64,000 nucleotides of DNA from NCBI GenBank assembly GCA_037387885.1, contig JARRKQ010000003.1, positions 11,675 through 75,674 of the forward strand, written 5' to 3'. The stretch's first letter is position 1, and each line of letters starts with the position of its first letter. The DNA is from Alphaproteobacteria bacterium. GTDB lineage: Bacteria > Pseudomonadota > Alphaproteobacteria > JAPULJ01. A model generated the notes under the pieces. That model was not told where the DNA came from. It saw nothing but the letters and a program-made list of their open reading frames with translations, and ran no database searches. Below, piece by piece: positions 10,015-19,369 of the stretch. The translations under genes and the position numbers were made by a program.

Positions 10015-12006
10015 CTAGCGGAGCGGCCAGGGCAGATCGGTGAGGCTTTGCAGCAGCCCCGGCGGGAAGTCGCGGCCGTGCGTGTCGGCAAGCAGCAGGA
10101 TCATGCCCGTCGCGGCCGTAGTCAGCGTTGCGGCCGCCGGCCATGAGGCTCGCGCACGGTATCGCAGAAAAGCCAATAAAAAGAAAATGTTGGCGAGCAC
10201 GAAGCCGACCAGCGCCGTGCCCGCCAGCAATGCCCCGTACCAGGCGAACGCCGGCCACATGCCGATGCGATCGGCGGCGCCGGAATCTTCGCCGGTTATT
10301 TCCTCATCCCAATGGATGCGGTGCTCGGGCGGTGCGCGCCAGAGGCGGAGGATCACGAGGAGCGCCGCCGGCAGCGTGACGGCGGCGATGGCGAGCGGGA
10401 AGACCTTGTCGATCAGTGCTGCGATCGGCACCACGTCGATCAGCGCATAGGCCGCGAAGGCGGCGAGCACGGCGGCGAAGGCGATCTCAGGCCGCCGGTC
10501 GATGCGCGCCATGGCGTCCGGTTCGGCGGGCCCGCGCGCAATTCTTGACGACTGGCGCACGCCGAGGGCGACTGCCAGCACGATCAGGACCGCGAGGATC
10601 CCCACAGCCGGCGTCAGGAGATATTCAAGCCCGCGATGCATCGTGAATTGCGTCGCCTGGTAGGTGTAGACCTCGGCCGAATCGGCGAGCACGAAGCCGA
10701 TGAGGAAGGCCGGGCGCGGCCAGTCGAAGCGCTTCATGTAGAGCGCCAGGATGGCGATCGCGCCGAGCATGACGAGATCCCAGACCGATTGGCGCGACTG
10801 GAAGGCCGCAAAGAGGATGAACATCAGCATGAACGGCGCGATGAGCGGAAAGCGGATCCGCGTGAGCTGCGCCATTAGCGGCGAGGCGAGCAGGCAGAGC
10901 CCGGCCCCCAGCACGTTGGCGATCGCCAGCGACCAGATGATCGTGTAGGTGGTCGGCAGCTCGCCGCGCACCATGCCGGGTCCCGCCTCGAGGCCGAGCA
11001 GCACCATGCCGCCCAGAAACACCGCCATGCTGCCCGAGCCGGGTATGCCGAAGAGGAGCGTCGGCACGAGCCCCCCGCCCTCCTTCGCGTTGTTGGCGCT
11101 TTCCGGCGCGATGACGCCGCGAATGTCGCCCTTGCCCAGCATGTCGCGCTTCTTCGTCGTCTGGACGAGGTGGGCGTAGGCGATCCAGTCGACGACCGAT
11201 CCGCCGAGGCCGGGGATCACGCCCACGATCACGCCGATGAAGGCGCAGCGGATCGAGAGGGTGAGGTTCCGCCACCAGTCGAGCACGCCCTCGAGCCAGC
11301 CGCGGCCCAAGGTGGTCTCGCCGGCGATCGGCGCGTTGCGGCGGAGCAGCGTGATGATCTCCGGCAGGGCGAAGACGCCGAGGCCGACGATCACGAGTTG
11401 GAGGCCGTCGCCCAGATAGCCGATGCCGAAGGTCATGCGCTCGGTGCCCTGGGCCGGCGCGCTGCCGATGGCGCTCACGAGGACGCCGAGCCCGGTGGCG
11501 ACGACGCCCTTCATCAGGCTGCGCCCGGCGAGCACGCCCACCATGGCAAAGCCGAGGATCGTCAGCATCAGCAGCTCGGGCGTGCGGAAGAGTAGCACGA
11601 CCGGGCGCGCGACCACGATAAAGAAGGTGAGCAGCACAGCGCCGAAGAGCCCGCCCATCAGCGAGGAGACGAAGGCGGCGCTCAAGGCGCGCGCGGCGAG
11701 GCCTTGCTTGGCGAGCGGAAAGCCGTCGAGGACCGTCGCCTGGCTCGAGCTCGATCCGGGGATTCCCATGAGCACCGAGGTGAAGGTGTCCGAGGTCGGG
11801 ATGACCGCGACGAGGCCCACCATCATCGCCAGGCCCGAGACGGGATCGAGGCCGTAGAGGAAGGGCAGCAGCATCGCCAGGCCGGCGATGCCGCCCAGGC
11901 CTGGGAAGATACCGACGGCGAGCCCCAACAGCACGCCGGCGCCGAGATAGAGCAGATGCTCAGGCGAGACGAGCGTGCCGAACGCCTCTGCCATCGCCTC
12001 GAACAT
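10015..12006 (-). CDS. tctA: Tripartite tricarboxylate transporter large permease TctA with a C-terminal 4-TM TctB-like extension
   Basis: MFEAMAEAFGTLVSPEHLLYLGAGVLLGLAVGIFPGLGGIAGLAMLLPFLY... is a typical TctA N-terminus. It is 663 aa against about 500 as I recall for TctA. The last ~160 aa form four additional hydrophobic helices. Confidence 0.8.
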   Translation of the reverse strand: MFEAMAEAFGTLVSPEHLLYLGAGVLLGLAVGIFPGLGGIAGLAMLLPFLYGLDPVSGLAMMVGLVAVIPTSDTFTSVLMGIPGSSSSQATVLDGFPLAKQGLAARALSAAFVSSLMGGLFGAVLLTFFIVVARPVVLLFRTPELLMLTILGFAMVGVLAGRSLMKGVVATGLGVLVSAIGSAPAQGTERMTFGIGYLGDGLQLVIVGLGVFALPEIITLLRRNAPIAGETTLGRGWLEGVLDWWRNLTLSIRCAFIGVIVGVIPGLGGSVVDWIAYAHLVQTTKKRDMLGKGDIRGVIAPESANNAKEGGGLVPTLLFGIPGSGSMAVFLGGMVLLGLEAGPGMVRGELPTTYTIIWSLAIANVLGAGLCLLASPLMAQLTRIRFPLIAPFMLMFILFAAFQSRQSVWDLVMLGAIAILALYMKRFDWPRPAFLIGFVLADSAEVYTYQATQFTMHRGLEYLLTPAVGILAVLIVLAVALGVRQSSRIARGPAEPDAMARIDRRPEIAFAAVLAAFAAYALIDVVPIAALIDKVFPLAIAAVTLPAALLVILRLWRAPPEHRIHWDEEITGEDSGAADRIGMWPAFAWYGALLAGTALVGFVLANIFFLLAFLRYRARASWPAAATLTTAATGMILLLADTHGRDFPPGLLQSLTDLPWPLR

Positions 12007-12066
12007 CAGGGGGCGCGGGCCGAGGTGAGCATGGCTTGACGACGATTCCGGCAGCCCGCTTCGAGG

Positions 12067-13248
12067 CTATGCCTCGTATAGCCCCTTCTTCTCCATCCAG
12101 CCGGTCGTCACCGCCACCGACTCGGCGAGCAGCTCGGGCTGGCCCTTGTAGTAATGCGTGGCGCCCTTGATGACCTGGAACTCGCGGTCGGTCTGGGGGG
12201 CGGCATCGTAGACCAGCTTCGGATGGCTCGCGGGCGCTGCGTCGTCGGCGCTATTCTCGACCACCAGGAGCGGCACCGAGATGCGCCCGGCGCCGGTCGG
12301 CGCGTCGGCGCGCGAGTCGTCGACCGACCACTGCGAGAGCCAGCTGCGGAGCGAGCTGTAGCGGGCGAGACCGGCCGGGCCGACATTCGCGGTCTCCGGG
12401 TCGCCCATATAACAGGCGCCGGGCTCGCGGTCGTTGGGGTCCACCGTGGCGTCGACCCAGCGGAGATCGGCCATGGTGCGGTGGACGACGAAGGCGCGCT
12501 CGATCTCTTTACCGCCCGCCTTGGCGAGATCGTCGAGCCGCTGACGCACCCAGGCGGTGATGCGGCGCATCCGGGCCAGCTGGGCCTCGCGGTACTGCGC
12601 CTGATAGTCCGCCGTAAAGGGCGGCTTGTTGGGATTGTTCGGATTGTAAATGTCGAGCTCGACCTCGCGCCTGCCCGGCTCGAGCTCGTCGGTGACCGAG
12701 GGATCGAGCCATTCGGAGAGGGTCCGGGCGCGGCTAGCATGGGCGGCGATCATGACGACGCCGTCGGCCGTCGGCAGCTTCAGCGCCGTCAGATCGTAAG
12801 GGTCGCCCGCAGGGGTTTCGGTGATGGAGGGGTTCTCCGCCTCGCCCTGATAGAAGAGCGAGAGCGAGGCGCCGCCTGACCAGCCGACCAGCACGACCTT
12901 CTCGTAGCCAAGGACCTCGCGGGCATGGCGGATGTATTCGCCCATGTCGCGGGCGACCTTCTCCATGATGAGCGCGCTATCGTTCTTGGCGTAGCGCGAG
13001 CCGCAGCACATGACGTGGACGCCTGATTCGGCGAGCGCGGTCGGCATCGGCAGAAGCTGCAACGTCGTCGCCGGATGCATGAAGATGGTGACGGTCTTGG
13101 ACGGCTTGCCCTTGGGGCGCAGGAGCTGACCCTCGAGCCAGACCGAGCCCTGGGTGCCGCTGAACCCGTAGGTTTCGGCGGCCTTCAGGACTTCGTCGAA
13201 GCTGAGGATCAGGGGAATGCGCTCGATCTCGTAACTCTCTGCAGCCAT
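12067..13248 (-). CDS. Alpha/beta-fold hydrolase
   Basis: Nucleophile elbow VVLVGWSGGASLS (G-x-S-x-G). 393 aa, located between the TctC-like and TctA genes. Confidence 0.65.
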   Translation of the reverse strand: MAAESYEIERIPLILSFDEVLKAAETYGFSGTQGSVWLEGQLLRPKGKPSKTVTIFMHPATTLQLLPMPTALAESGVHVMCCGSRYAKNDSALIMEKVARDMGEYIRHAREVLGYEKVVLVGWSGGASLSLFYQGEAENPSITETPAGDPYDLTALKLPTADGVVMIAAHASRARTLSEWLDPSVTDELEPGRREVELDIYNPNNPNKPPFTADYQAQYREAQLARMRRITAWVRQRLDDLAKAGGKEIERAFVVHRTMADLRWVDATVDPNDREPGACYMGDPETANVGPAGLARYSSLRSWLSQWSVDDSRADAPTGAGRISVPLLVVENSADDAAPASHPKLVYDAAPQTDREFQVIKGATHYYKGQPELLAESVAVTTGWMEKKGLYEA

Positions 13249-13308
13249 GTCGTCGGATTCCAGTCTTGTTGTGGTTGGAAGAGTGAAAAAGTGTAAGGGC
13301 GCCGACGC

Positions 13309-14382
13309 TCAGCGGAGTTTCACCTTGAAGCGGCGGACGAGCCAGTCGCGCACCCATTTGCGGTCTTGCGCGGCGATGGTGGTGGCCAGATGCTTGGTCG
13401 CCTCGGCTGCCGCGCCCGTGTGCTGCTCGTAGACGCCGAGGCGCTTGGCGGCCTTCTTGGCGAAGCCGGGGGACCCGACCACCTTGGCGAAGGCGGCGCG
13501 ATAGGCCGCGACGATGTCGCCCGGCGTGCCCTTGGGCAGGAAGACCATCTTCTGGCCCGGGAAGCCGGCGACGAAGAAGGTGCGCCAGGCGTGCCAGGCC
13601 GGCCCCGAGGGCTTGCGGCCATGGATCTTCTCGTAGACCTCGGCGAAATGCGGCAGGTCGGGAAACGTCGGGTCGCGGACAAGGCGGCCGTCCTTGGCGA
13701 GCGCACCCCAGGACATGATCGGCACGGCTTTGCCCGCCTTCACCAGCGGGACGACCTGGGAGAGATAGGCGGGGGTCGTCTGCTGGTCGATATTGACCTC
13801 ACCCCGCTCGAAGGCCAGGCGGCCGGCGGCGCGGCCCCGCATGCCGAAGATCGGCTCGACGTCGAGGCCCAGCAGCTCGAAGGCAAGGAGGGGGATGAGG
13901 TCGAGCGAGGTTGCGCCCTGACTGCCGTAGAGCAGCTTCTTGCCTTTGAGCTTCACGAGGTCCTTGGCCGAGCGGACGCCGAGGGCCGGGTTAACGTAAA
14001 GCACACCGCCCGTGGGCGAGGCCAGCACGACCTGCCAGTCCTTGTACTCGTACTTCACCCGCCGGTCGCCCAGGAGGTAGGGGAATTGGGTCGAGCCCGA
14101 GGTGCCCAGGATGGTGAGCCCGTCGGGCTTGGCGCGGGCGGCGAAATAGTTGGTGCCGCGGGTCGAGCCGGCGCCCGGCATGTTGCGCACGACGACGCTC
14201 GGCTTGCCGGGCAGCGCCTTGGCCAACATCGGGGCATAGAACCGGGCCCATTTGTCCGAGCCCCCGCCCTCCTTGAAGGGGATGATCCATTCGACGGTGT
14301 TCCCGGCGAAATCGGCGGCAAAAGCGGAATTGGCCACGAGCGCGGCGAGCGCGCCGGCCAGAATGGCTAGTCTGCGGTGCAT
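13309..14382 (-). CDS. Periplasmic substrate-binding protein, Bug/TctC-like
   Basis: Signal peptide MHRRLAILAGALAALVANSAFA, then IIPFKEGGGSDKWARFYAPMLAKALPGKPSVVVRNMPGAGSTRGTNYFAARAKPDGLT, which matches the PF..GGG.D...R...L....V.N.PGAG....A.PDG.T pattern of TctC/Bug proteins. Confidence 0.7.
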   Translation of the reverse strand: MHRRLAILAGALAALVANSAFAADFAGNTVEWIIPFKEGGGSDKWARFYAPMLAKALPGKPSVVVRNMPGAGSTRGTNYFAARAKPDGLTILGTSGSTQFPYLLGDRRVKYEYKDWQVVLASPTGGVLYVNPALGVRSAKDLVKLKGKKLLYGSQGATSLDLIPLLAFELLGLDVEPIFGMRGRAAGRLAFERGEVNIDQQTTPAYLSQVVPLVKAGKAVPIMSWGALAKDGRLVRDPTFPDLPHFAEVYEKIHGRKPSGPAWHAWRTFFVAGFPGQKMVFLPKGTPGDIVAAYRAAFAKVVGSPGFAKKAAKRLGVYEQHTGAAAEATKHLATTIAAQDRKWVRDWLVRRFKVKLR

Positions 14383-14510
14383 GGCCGTGCCTCCCTGTCC
14401 CGGGGCGCGGGGCCCCGGTTTTTCTTATCGGCAGAGAGTCTGGCACCTCGAACGGTACCCCGTACAGCCCGTATTCCTGCAGCCCCCCTGCCGGCCTGGC
14501 GCAAGGTCAC

Positions 14511-15263
14511 TCAGAACTGGTAGCGCTTCTGACCGCCATCGACCGGGATGACGGCGCCGGTTATGTAGCTCGCGAGCGGCGAGCAGAGGAAGGTGACGAG
14601 GTTGGCGATATCCGCGGGCTCGCCGAAGCGGCCGGCGGGGATCTCCTCCGCCGACATCTGCGCCTGCACGTCGGGGCTGTAGTTGCGGCGGATCTGGTCG
14701 CTCAGGATCTGGCCGGGCGGGATGGAGTTGACGGTAATGCCGTGTCTGCCGACGACCCGGCTGAGCCCCTTGGCCCAGGCATGGACGGCGGCCTTGGCGG
14801 CGAAGGCGCCGTTGATGCCCGTCGGCTCCGACTTGCCGGTGATGTAGACGATGCGGCCCCAACCGGCGGCGATCATCGGATCGAGCAGCAGGCGGGTGAG
14901 CTGGCGGTGGCGGGTGAAGTTGAGGGTCATCGCCTCGTGCCAGTCGTCCTCGCTTGCGTCGAGGTCGAAGGGGCGGCTGCCGCCTGCATTGTTGATCAGG
15001 ATCTCGACGGAGCCGAGGGCATCGGTCGCGGCCTCGGCGATCGTCTTGGGTGCGCTTTCGTCCATGAACTCCGCCGTAATCAGGGATGGCGTAGGGCCGC
15101 CCAAGGCTTTGACCTGCAATGCGGTTTCCTCCAGCGCCTCGCGGCGGCGGCCGGCGATGGCGAGACGCACCCCCTCGCGGCCCAACGCGATAGCGATGCC
15201 CTGGCCGATCCCGGCCAAGGCGCCGGTCACCAGCGCGGTCTTGTCCTGAAGTTGGAGATCCAT
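14511..15263 (-). CDS. Short-chain dehydrogenase/reductase family protein (atypical catalytic region)
   Basis: Starts at ATG 15263: MDLQLQDKTALVTGALAGIGQGIA (TGxxxGIG), then NNAG. Where Y-x-x-x-K is expected the sequence is GAFAAKAAV (Phe, one residue shorter), so it may be a non-canonical SDR. Confidence 0.7.
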   Translation of the reverse strand: MDLQLQDKTALVTGALAGIGQGIAIALGREGVRLAIAGRRREALEETALQVKALGGPTPSLITAEFMDESAPKTIAEAATDALGSVEILINNAGGSRPFDLDASEDDWHEAMTLNFTRHRQLTRLLLDPMIAAGWGRIVYITGKSEPTGINGAFAAKAAVHAWAKGLSRVVGRHGITVNSIPPGQILSDQIRRNYSPDVQAQMSAEEIPAGRFGEPADIANLVTFLCSPLASYITGAVIPVDGGQKRYQF

Positions 15264-15393
15264 CGACGCCCCTCCCCCGGTTGGCGGCGTGGTGACAGCG
15301 TGTGCCGTTTGACCTGGACAGCAATGGCCAGAACGGCAACCGGCCGCGCCTCTGAAACAAGGCACGGCCGGTGCGGATCATACACGGGTAAGA

Positions 15394-15735
15394 TCAGATC
15401 TTGCAGAGCCGTCTCGTCTTCCGCTTGGAAACCCGTTCGCGCAGCACGATCCGATGCTTGGCCTTGCGATGAGCAGCCAGCCAGCGCGCCTGGGCCGACC
15501 GCAGATAGTAGGGCTTTTCGCAGAAGGTCATCTTCCTGGCGTAGCGCTTGCGGGTTTTGGCCTTCAGCCTGGCGCGATCGGCCGGCCGATAGACGCGCGT
15601 CCAGCGCGAGTATTTGCCCGCCTTGGCGAGCTTTCCCTTGGCATTGTACGCATAGAGTGCCACCGAGCCTGCCTCTGCCGTGCCGGCAGCGGCAAGCACC
15701 GCCGCAGCCGCGGCGATGACGACGACGATACGCAT
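15394..15735 (-). CDS. Small secreted, very basic hypothetical protein (113 aa)
   Basis: Internal start MRIVVVIAAAAAVLAAAGTAEA looks like a signal peptide. The mature part is K/R-rich with two Cys. The start choice is uncertain. Confidence 0.4.
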   Translation of the reverse strand: MRIVVVIAAAAAVLAAAGTAEAGSVALYAYNAKGKLAKAGKYSRWTRVYRPADRARLKAKTRKRYARKMTFCEKPYYLRSAQARWLAAHRKAKHRIVLRERVSKRKTRRLCKI

Positions 15736-15999
15736 TCCTGACCTCATTTTCATAGATAGCGCCCCAATACGGCGCCCGGACATCTTTTCCAGTATTTCTG
15801 TGCGCCGCGCAACGATAAGCGTGACCGGGCGGGCCGGCGCCGTCGTCGGAGCCGCCATCGGAGCGGCTTTCGGCACCCCGTCCAATAGCGCAAATTTCCG
15901 CCGGAATTAGCGGGTTTTAGAGGCGAGTTTAACCATTACTTATCACCTCGACCGGCATAGTCCGAAGGCTTGGGTTCTCGATAATCACTGGAGTATCGG

Positions 16000-16530
16000 A
16001 TGTTTTCCAAGAAAGAGAGCAGCCCCGCCATCGAGCCAAAGCCGGTGAGCGAGCGTCTGCGGACCCAGCCGCAACAGCAGCAAATGCCCTCCATCATCAG
16101 TGAGGGTGTCGAGATCGTCGGCGATATGACCGGCGAAAACGAGATCCAGGTTGATGGTTCTGTGCGCGGCAACCTGAAGGCAAAGCGCGTCATGATTGGA
16201 CGCAGCGGCCTGGTCGACGGTTCGATCAAGGCCGATAGCGTGACCATCGCCGGCAACGTCGTCGGCGACACGAGTGCGAAGAATGTTACTCTCGAAGCGA
16301 GTGCCCGTATCAAGGGCGGCGTCACGGTGGGCGGCGATCTTTCGATGGCCGCGGGCGCACGCCTGGAAGGCAAGGTGACGATGAAGGGCGCCGACGAGGC
16401 CGAGAAGGCCAGCGCCGGCAATAAGGACACTGTCGCGAAGCCGAATGGCAGCGGCAACAAGCCGTCCGGTATGCCGTCGGGCAATACGCCCAGCGGCAGC
16501 GAGTCCGGGATGGGCCGTCCCGCCGCCTAA
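16000..16530 (+). CDS. Bactofilin (polymer-forming cytoskeletal protein)
   Basis: SIISEGVEIVGDMTGENEIQVDGSVRGNLKAKRVMIGRSGLVDGSIKADSVTIAGNVVGDTSAKNVTLEASARIKGGVTVGG is a beta-helical bactofilin repeat pattern, with disordered P/S/G-rich termini. Confidence 0.8.
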   Translation: MFSKKESSPAIEPKPVSERLRTQPQQQQMPSIISEGVEIVGDMTGENEIQVDGSVRGNLKAKRVMIGRSGLVDGSIKADSVTIAGNVVGDTSAKNVTLEASARIKGGVTVGGDLSMAAGARLEGKVTMKGADEAEKASAGNKDTVAKPNGSGNKPSGMPSGNTPSGSESGMGRPAA

Positions 16531-16632
16531 CATCGTTTAAGGATGCCATCGCCGCGACCAAGCGGTGATGTACGCGATGCGCCGGGCCGAAGCTGGTCCG
16601 GCGTTCGCGATTCCGGGATCAGGGATCGGGAA

Positions 16633-17178
16633 TCAGCCATTCAACGAGCGCGTCGCGACCGCTCGGGCCTCGTCGAACTGCCGCTCGAGCGCGGGGCTGA
16701 CGCCGCGGCAACCATCGACCACCGACGCCGCCCAGTCGACATACGCACGCTTGCGCTCCAGCGGCCAGTCGGCCGGCGGATCGGCAGCCATGTCGCGAAG
16801 GTTGCTGGTCTTGTCGGCGATCTTGAGCAGCCGCGCGCGATCGGGCTTGCTCGGCGCGGTTTCCACCTGAAGGCGCTTGCGCTCGGCCGAGGGCAGCGAC
16901 TTGTCATCGGTGACGGCGGCGACCAGCGCCGCGACATCCGCGCCGAACTCGGCCTCGATCTCCGCCCTCGTGACGCCGGTATCCTCGATGGCGTCGTGCA
17001 GCAGGCCGGCGATGACGAGGTTCGTGTCCTCACCCCCGGTGGCCTCGGCGACCAGATGGGCGACCTCGGCCAGGTGGTTGAGATAGGGCTTCTCGGTGGC
17101 GCCCTTGCGGCGCTGGTCGACGTGATGCCGCGCGGCAAATTCGAGGGCGCGCATCAACGCCAAGGTCGGATGCTCCAT
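16633..17178 (-). CDS. Stand-alone HD-domain protein, RelA/SpoT-type (p)ppGpp hydrolase-like (small alarmone hydrolase)
   Basis: ALEFAARHHVDQRRKGATEKPYLNHLAEVAHLV...AGLLHDAIEDTGVT, the H..HD..ED motif series of the SpoT hydrolase domain. 181 aa. Confidence 0.7.
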   Translation of the reverse strand: MEHPTLALMRALEFAARHHVDQRRKGATEKPYLNHLAEVAHLVAEATGGEDTNLVIAGLLHDAIEDTGVTRAEIEAEFGADVAALVAAVTDDKSLPSAERKRLQVETAPSKPDRARLLKIADKTSNLRDMAADPPADWPLERKRAYVDWAASVVDGCRGVSPALERQFDEARAVATRSLNG

Positions 17179-17212
17179 TCAGCGCTCCTTCTACGATTTA
17201 AGCGTTTGGCGG

Positions 17213-17959
17213 TCAGACGGCCGCGGCGCTCAGCCTTTCGAGCAGCCGCGCCCTTGCCGCGGGCGATGGACGGTCGAGCGGTGCGAAGACGTGGCGGTCG
17301 AGGAAATGGCCGGAGAGCCTGAGGCCGTCGCAGATCTCCGCCGGCACGCCTGGCCCGCGCCCCGCAAGAAAAGGCGGCAGGGCCAAGAGCTTGTCCCGGT
17401 ATGGCTCGCCGGCCGATAGCGAGACCGCCCGGCCGGTGCGCGGCGAGACGTAGGCGAGTTCGTCGTTCCGCCCCGTGGCGGCGCAGCTCGTGAGATCGAG
17501 CCCGTAGCCGAGCTCGCTCAAGAGACCAAGCTCCCAGCGCACATAGACCTCGCCCCAGAGCGCCAGGCCGCCATTGTCGTCGAGATCGCGACCGAGAGCG
17601 TCGAGGAGCGCCAGGAACCCCTCATAGACCGCGCTGTGCGGCTCGCGCTCGGGCAAGGCGGCCTCGGCCACCGCGCAGGCCGCGGTGAGCGCCGCCAGAC
17701 GCGGCGGATCGTCGAGCAGGGACGCGGCATGGCTGGAGCTGGGCTCGCAGACGAAAGCGCCCAGATGCTCGGCAAGCCGCCCCCGCCAGTGCGCCGTGAC
17801 CACATTGCCCGGCTGATAAACCCCGCGCAGGCGCCGCCCGGTCCCGCCGCGCACCAGCCCGGCATGGCGGCCATGGGTGCGGGTCAGGAGCTGCACGATG
17901 AGCGCATTCTCGCCGTGCTTGCGGGCGCCGAGCACGATGCCCTGATCGGTCCAGTCCAT
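17213..17959 (-). CDS. recO: DNA repair protein RecO
   Basis: Starts at ATG 17959: MDWTDQGIVLGARKHGENALIVQLLTRTHGRHAGLVRGG...; C-terminal ...LTSCAATG...YVSPRTGRAVS. Sits downstream of era as in many bacteria. Confidence 0.8.
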   Translation of the reverse strand: MDWTDQGIVLGARKHGENALIVQLLTRTHGRHAGLVRGGTGRRLRGVYQPGNVVTAHWRGRLAEHLGAFVCEPSSSHAASLLDDPPRLAALTAACAVAEAALPEREPHSAVYEGFLALLDALGRDLDDNGGLALWGEVYVRWELGLLSELGYGLDLTSCAATGRNDELAYVSPRTGRAVSLSAGEPYRDKLLALPPFLAGRGPGVPAEICDGLRLSGHFLDRHVFAPLDRPSPAARARLLERLSAAAV

Positions 17960-18075
17960 GGGGTTAATGTAGGCCCAATTGACCCCGGATGTGAGGGCCT
18001 CGCGGGCCCGGGGCCACCATGCTAGGGTCCCCGCGACCGTAAACACGACGACCTAGGCTTTTCCATGGATCCCCG

Positions 18076-18378
18076 ATGTTCGGCATCATAGGCGCGTTGC
18101 TGGCGGCCTTGCCGCTGGTTCTGATCCCGCTCATGAAGGTGGTGCTGACCCGCACCCATCCGCCACGGATCATCGCCGGCGGCATGGGCGCGCAGTCGAT
18201 CGTCGTCGTGTTGCTGTGCTGTTTCATCGTCGGGATAACGATCTCGGTGGACGCGATCCTCGCCGCCAAGACGGTGTCGTACCTGTCGCTGATCACGGAA
18301 ATCGTGATTCTCATAGCGGGGGTGGTGATCGGGGTGCTGCTGGGTCTGCTCGCCAGGCGCGAGGCGGCGGCGGACTGA
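18076..18378 (+). CDS. Hypothetical small membrane protein (100 aa, about 3 TM)
   Basis: Hydrophobic ORF MFGIIGALLAALPLVLIPLMKVV...; convergent with era. No family recognised. Confidence 0.45.
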   Translation: MFGIIGALLAALPLVLIPLMKVVLTRTHPPRIIAGGMGAQSIVVVLLCCFIVGITISVDAILAAKTVSYLSLITEIVILIAGVVIGVLLGLLARREAAAD

Positions 18379-18409
18379 CCAGCCGTCAGGCGTTGAAGTC
18401 CTCTAGCCG

Positions 18410-19369
18410 TCAGGCGTTGAAATCCAGATCCCAAGGGGCGTAGCGCTCGGGGTCGTCGATCCAGCCCTCGCGGACCTTCACGAAAAGAAAGAGATGCACC
18501 CGGTGGCCGAGGATGGTCTCCAGGTCCTTGCGCGCCGCCGCCCCCACCGACTTGATGCGGCTGCCGCCCTTGCCGAGCACGATCGCCTTCTGGGTATCGC
18601 GCTGGACGTAGATCGTCTGCTCGATCCGCGCGCTGCCGTCGGGGCGGGCCTCCCAGCTCTCGGTCTCGACGGTGAGCGCGTAAGGCAGCTCCTGGCGGAG
18701 CTGGCGGAAGAGCGCCTCGCGGGTCATTTCCGCGGCGATCAGCCGCTCCGACATGTCGGAAAGCTGGTCCTCGGGATAATGCCAAGGCCCCGCGGGAACC
18801 GCAGCAGCCAAATGCTCGCGGAGATCGCCGACCCCGTCGCCCTTGATGGCGGCGATCATGAACGTATCGGTGAAGAGGCCGGTCTCGTTCAATTGCTGGA
18901 CCAGCGCCAGGAGCTTCGGCCGCGGCACCAGGTCGATCTTGTTGATGGCGAGGATCGCCTGTCGTTTGCCGGATTTGAGGCCGTCGATGATGCGCGCCGT
19001 GTCGTCATCGATACCGTCGCGGACCGCGCGGGCGGCATCGACCAGAAGCACGATCAGATCCGCATCGCCCGCACCCTGCCAGGCGCGGGCGACCATGGCG
19101 CGCTCCAGGCGGCGCTTGGGCGCGAAGATGCCGGGCGTGTCGATGAAGACGAGCTGGGCCTGGCCCACCGTGATGACACCGCGCACGATGGTGCGCGTGG
19201 TCTGCACCTTGGGCGAGACGATGGCGATCTTGGCGCCGATCAGGGCATTCAAAAGCGTCGACTTGCCGGCATTGGGCGCACCCACCAGAGCAATGAAGCC
19301 GCAGCGCCGGGCGTTATCGTTGGCGGTTTGTGGGGTGTCCTGCACGGGCTGGCGCGGCGGCGGGCTCAT
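18410..19369 (-). CDS. era: GTPase Era
   Basis: G1 GAPNAGKST, G3 DTPG, G4 NKID, and a KH domain (...KAIVLGKGGSRIKSVG...). Confidence 0.95.
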   Translation of the reverse strand: MSPPPRQPVQDTPQTANDNARRCGFIALVGAPNAGKSTLLNALIGAKIAIVSPKVQTTRTIVRGVITVGQAQLVFIDTPGIFAPKRRLERAMVARAWQGAGDADLIVLLVDAARAVRDGIDDDTARIIDGLKSGKRQAILAINKIDLVPRPKLLALVQQLNETGLFTDTFMIAAIKGDGVGDLREHLAAAVPAGPWHYPEDQLSDMSERLIAAEMTREALFRQLRQELPYALTVETESWEARPDGSARIEQTIYVQRDTQKAIVLGKGGSRIKSVGAAARKDLETILGHRVHLFLFVKVREGWIDDPERYAPWDLDFNA

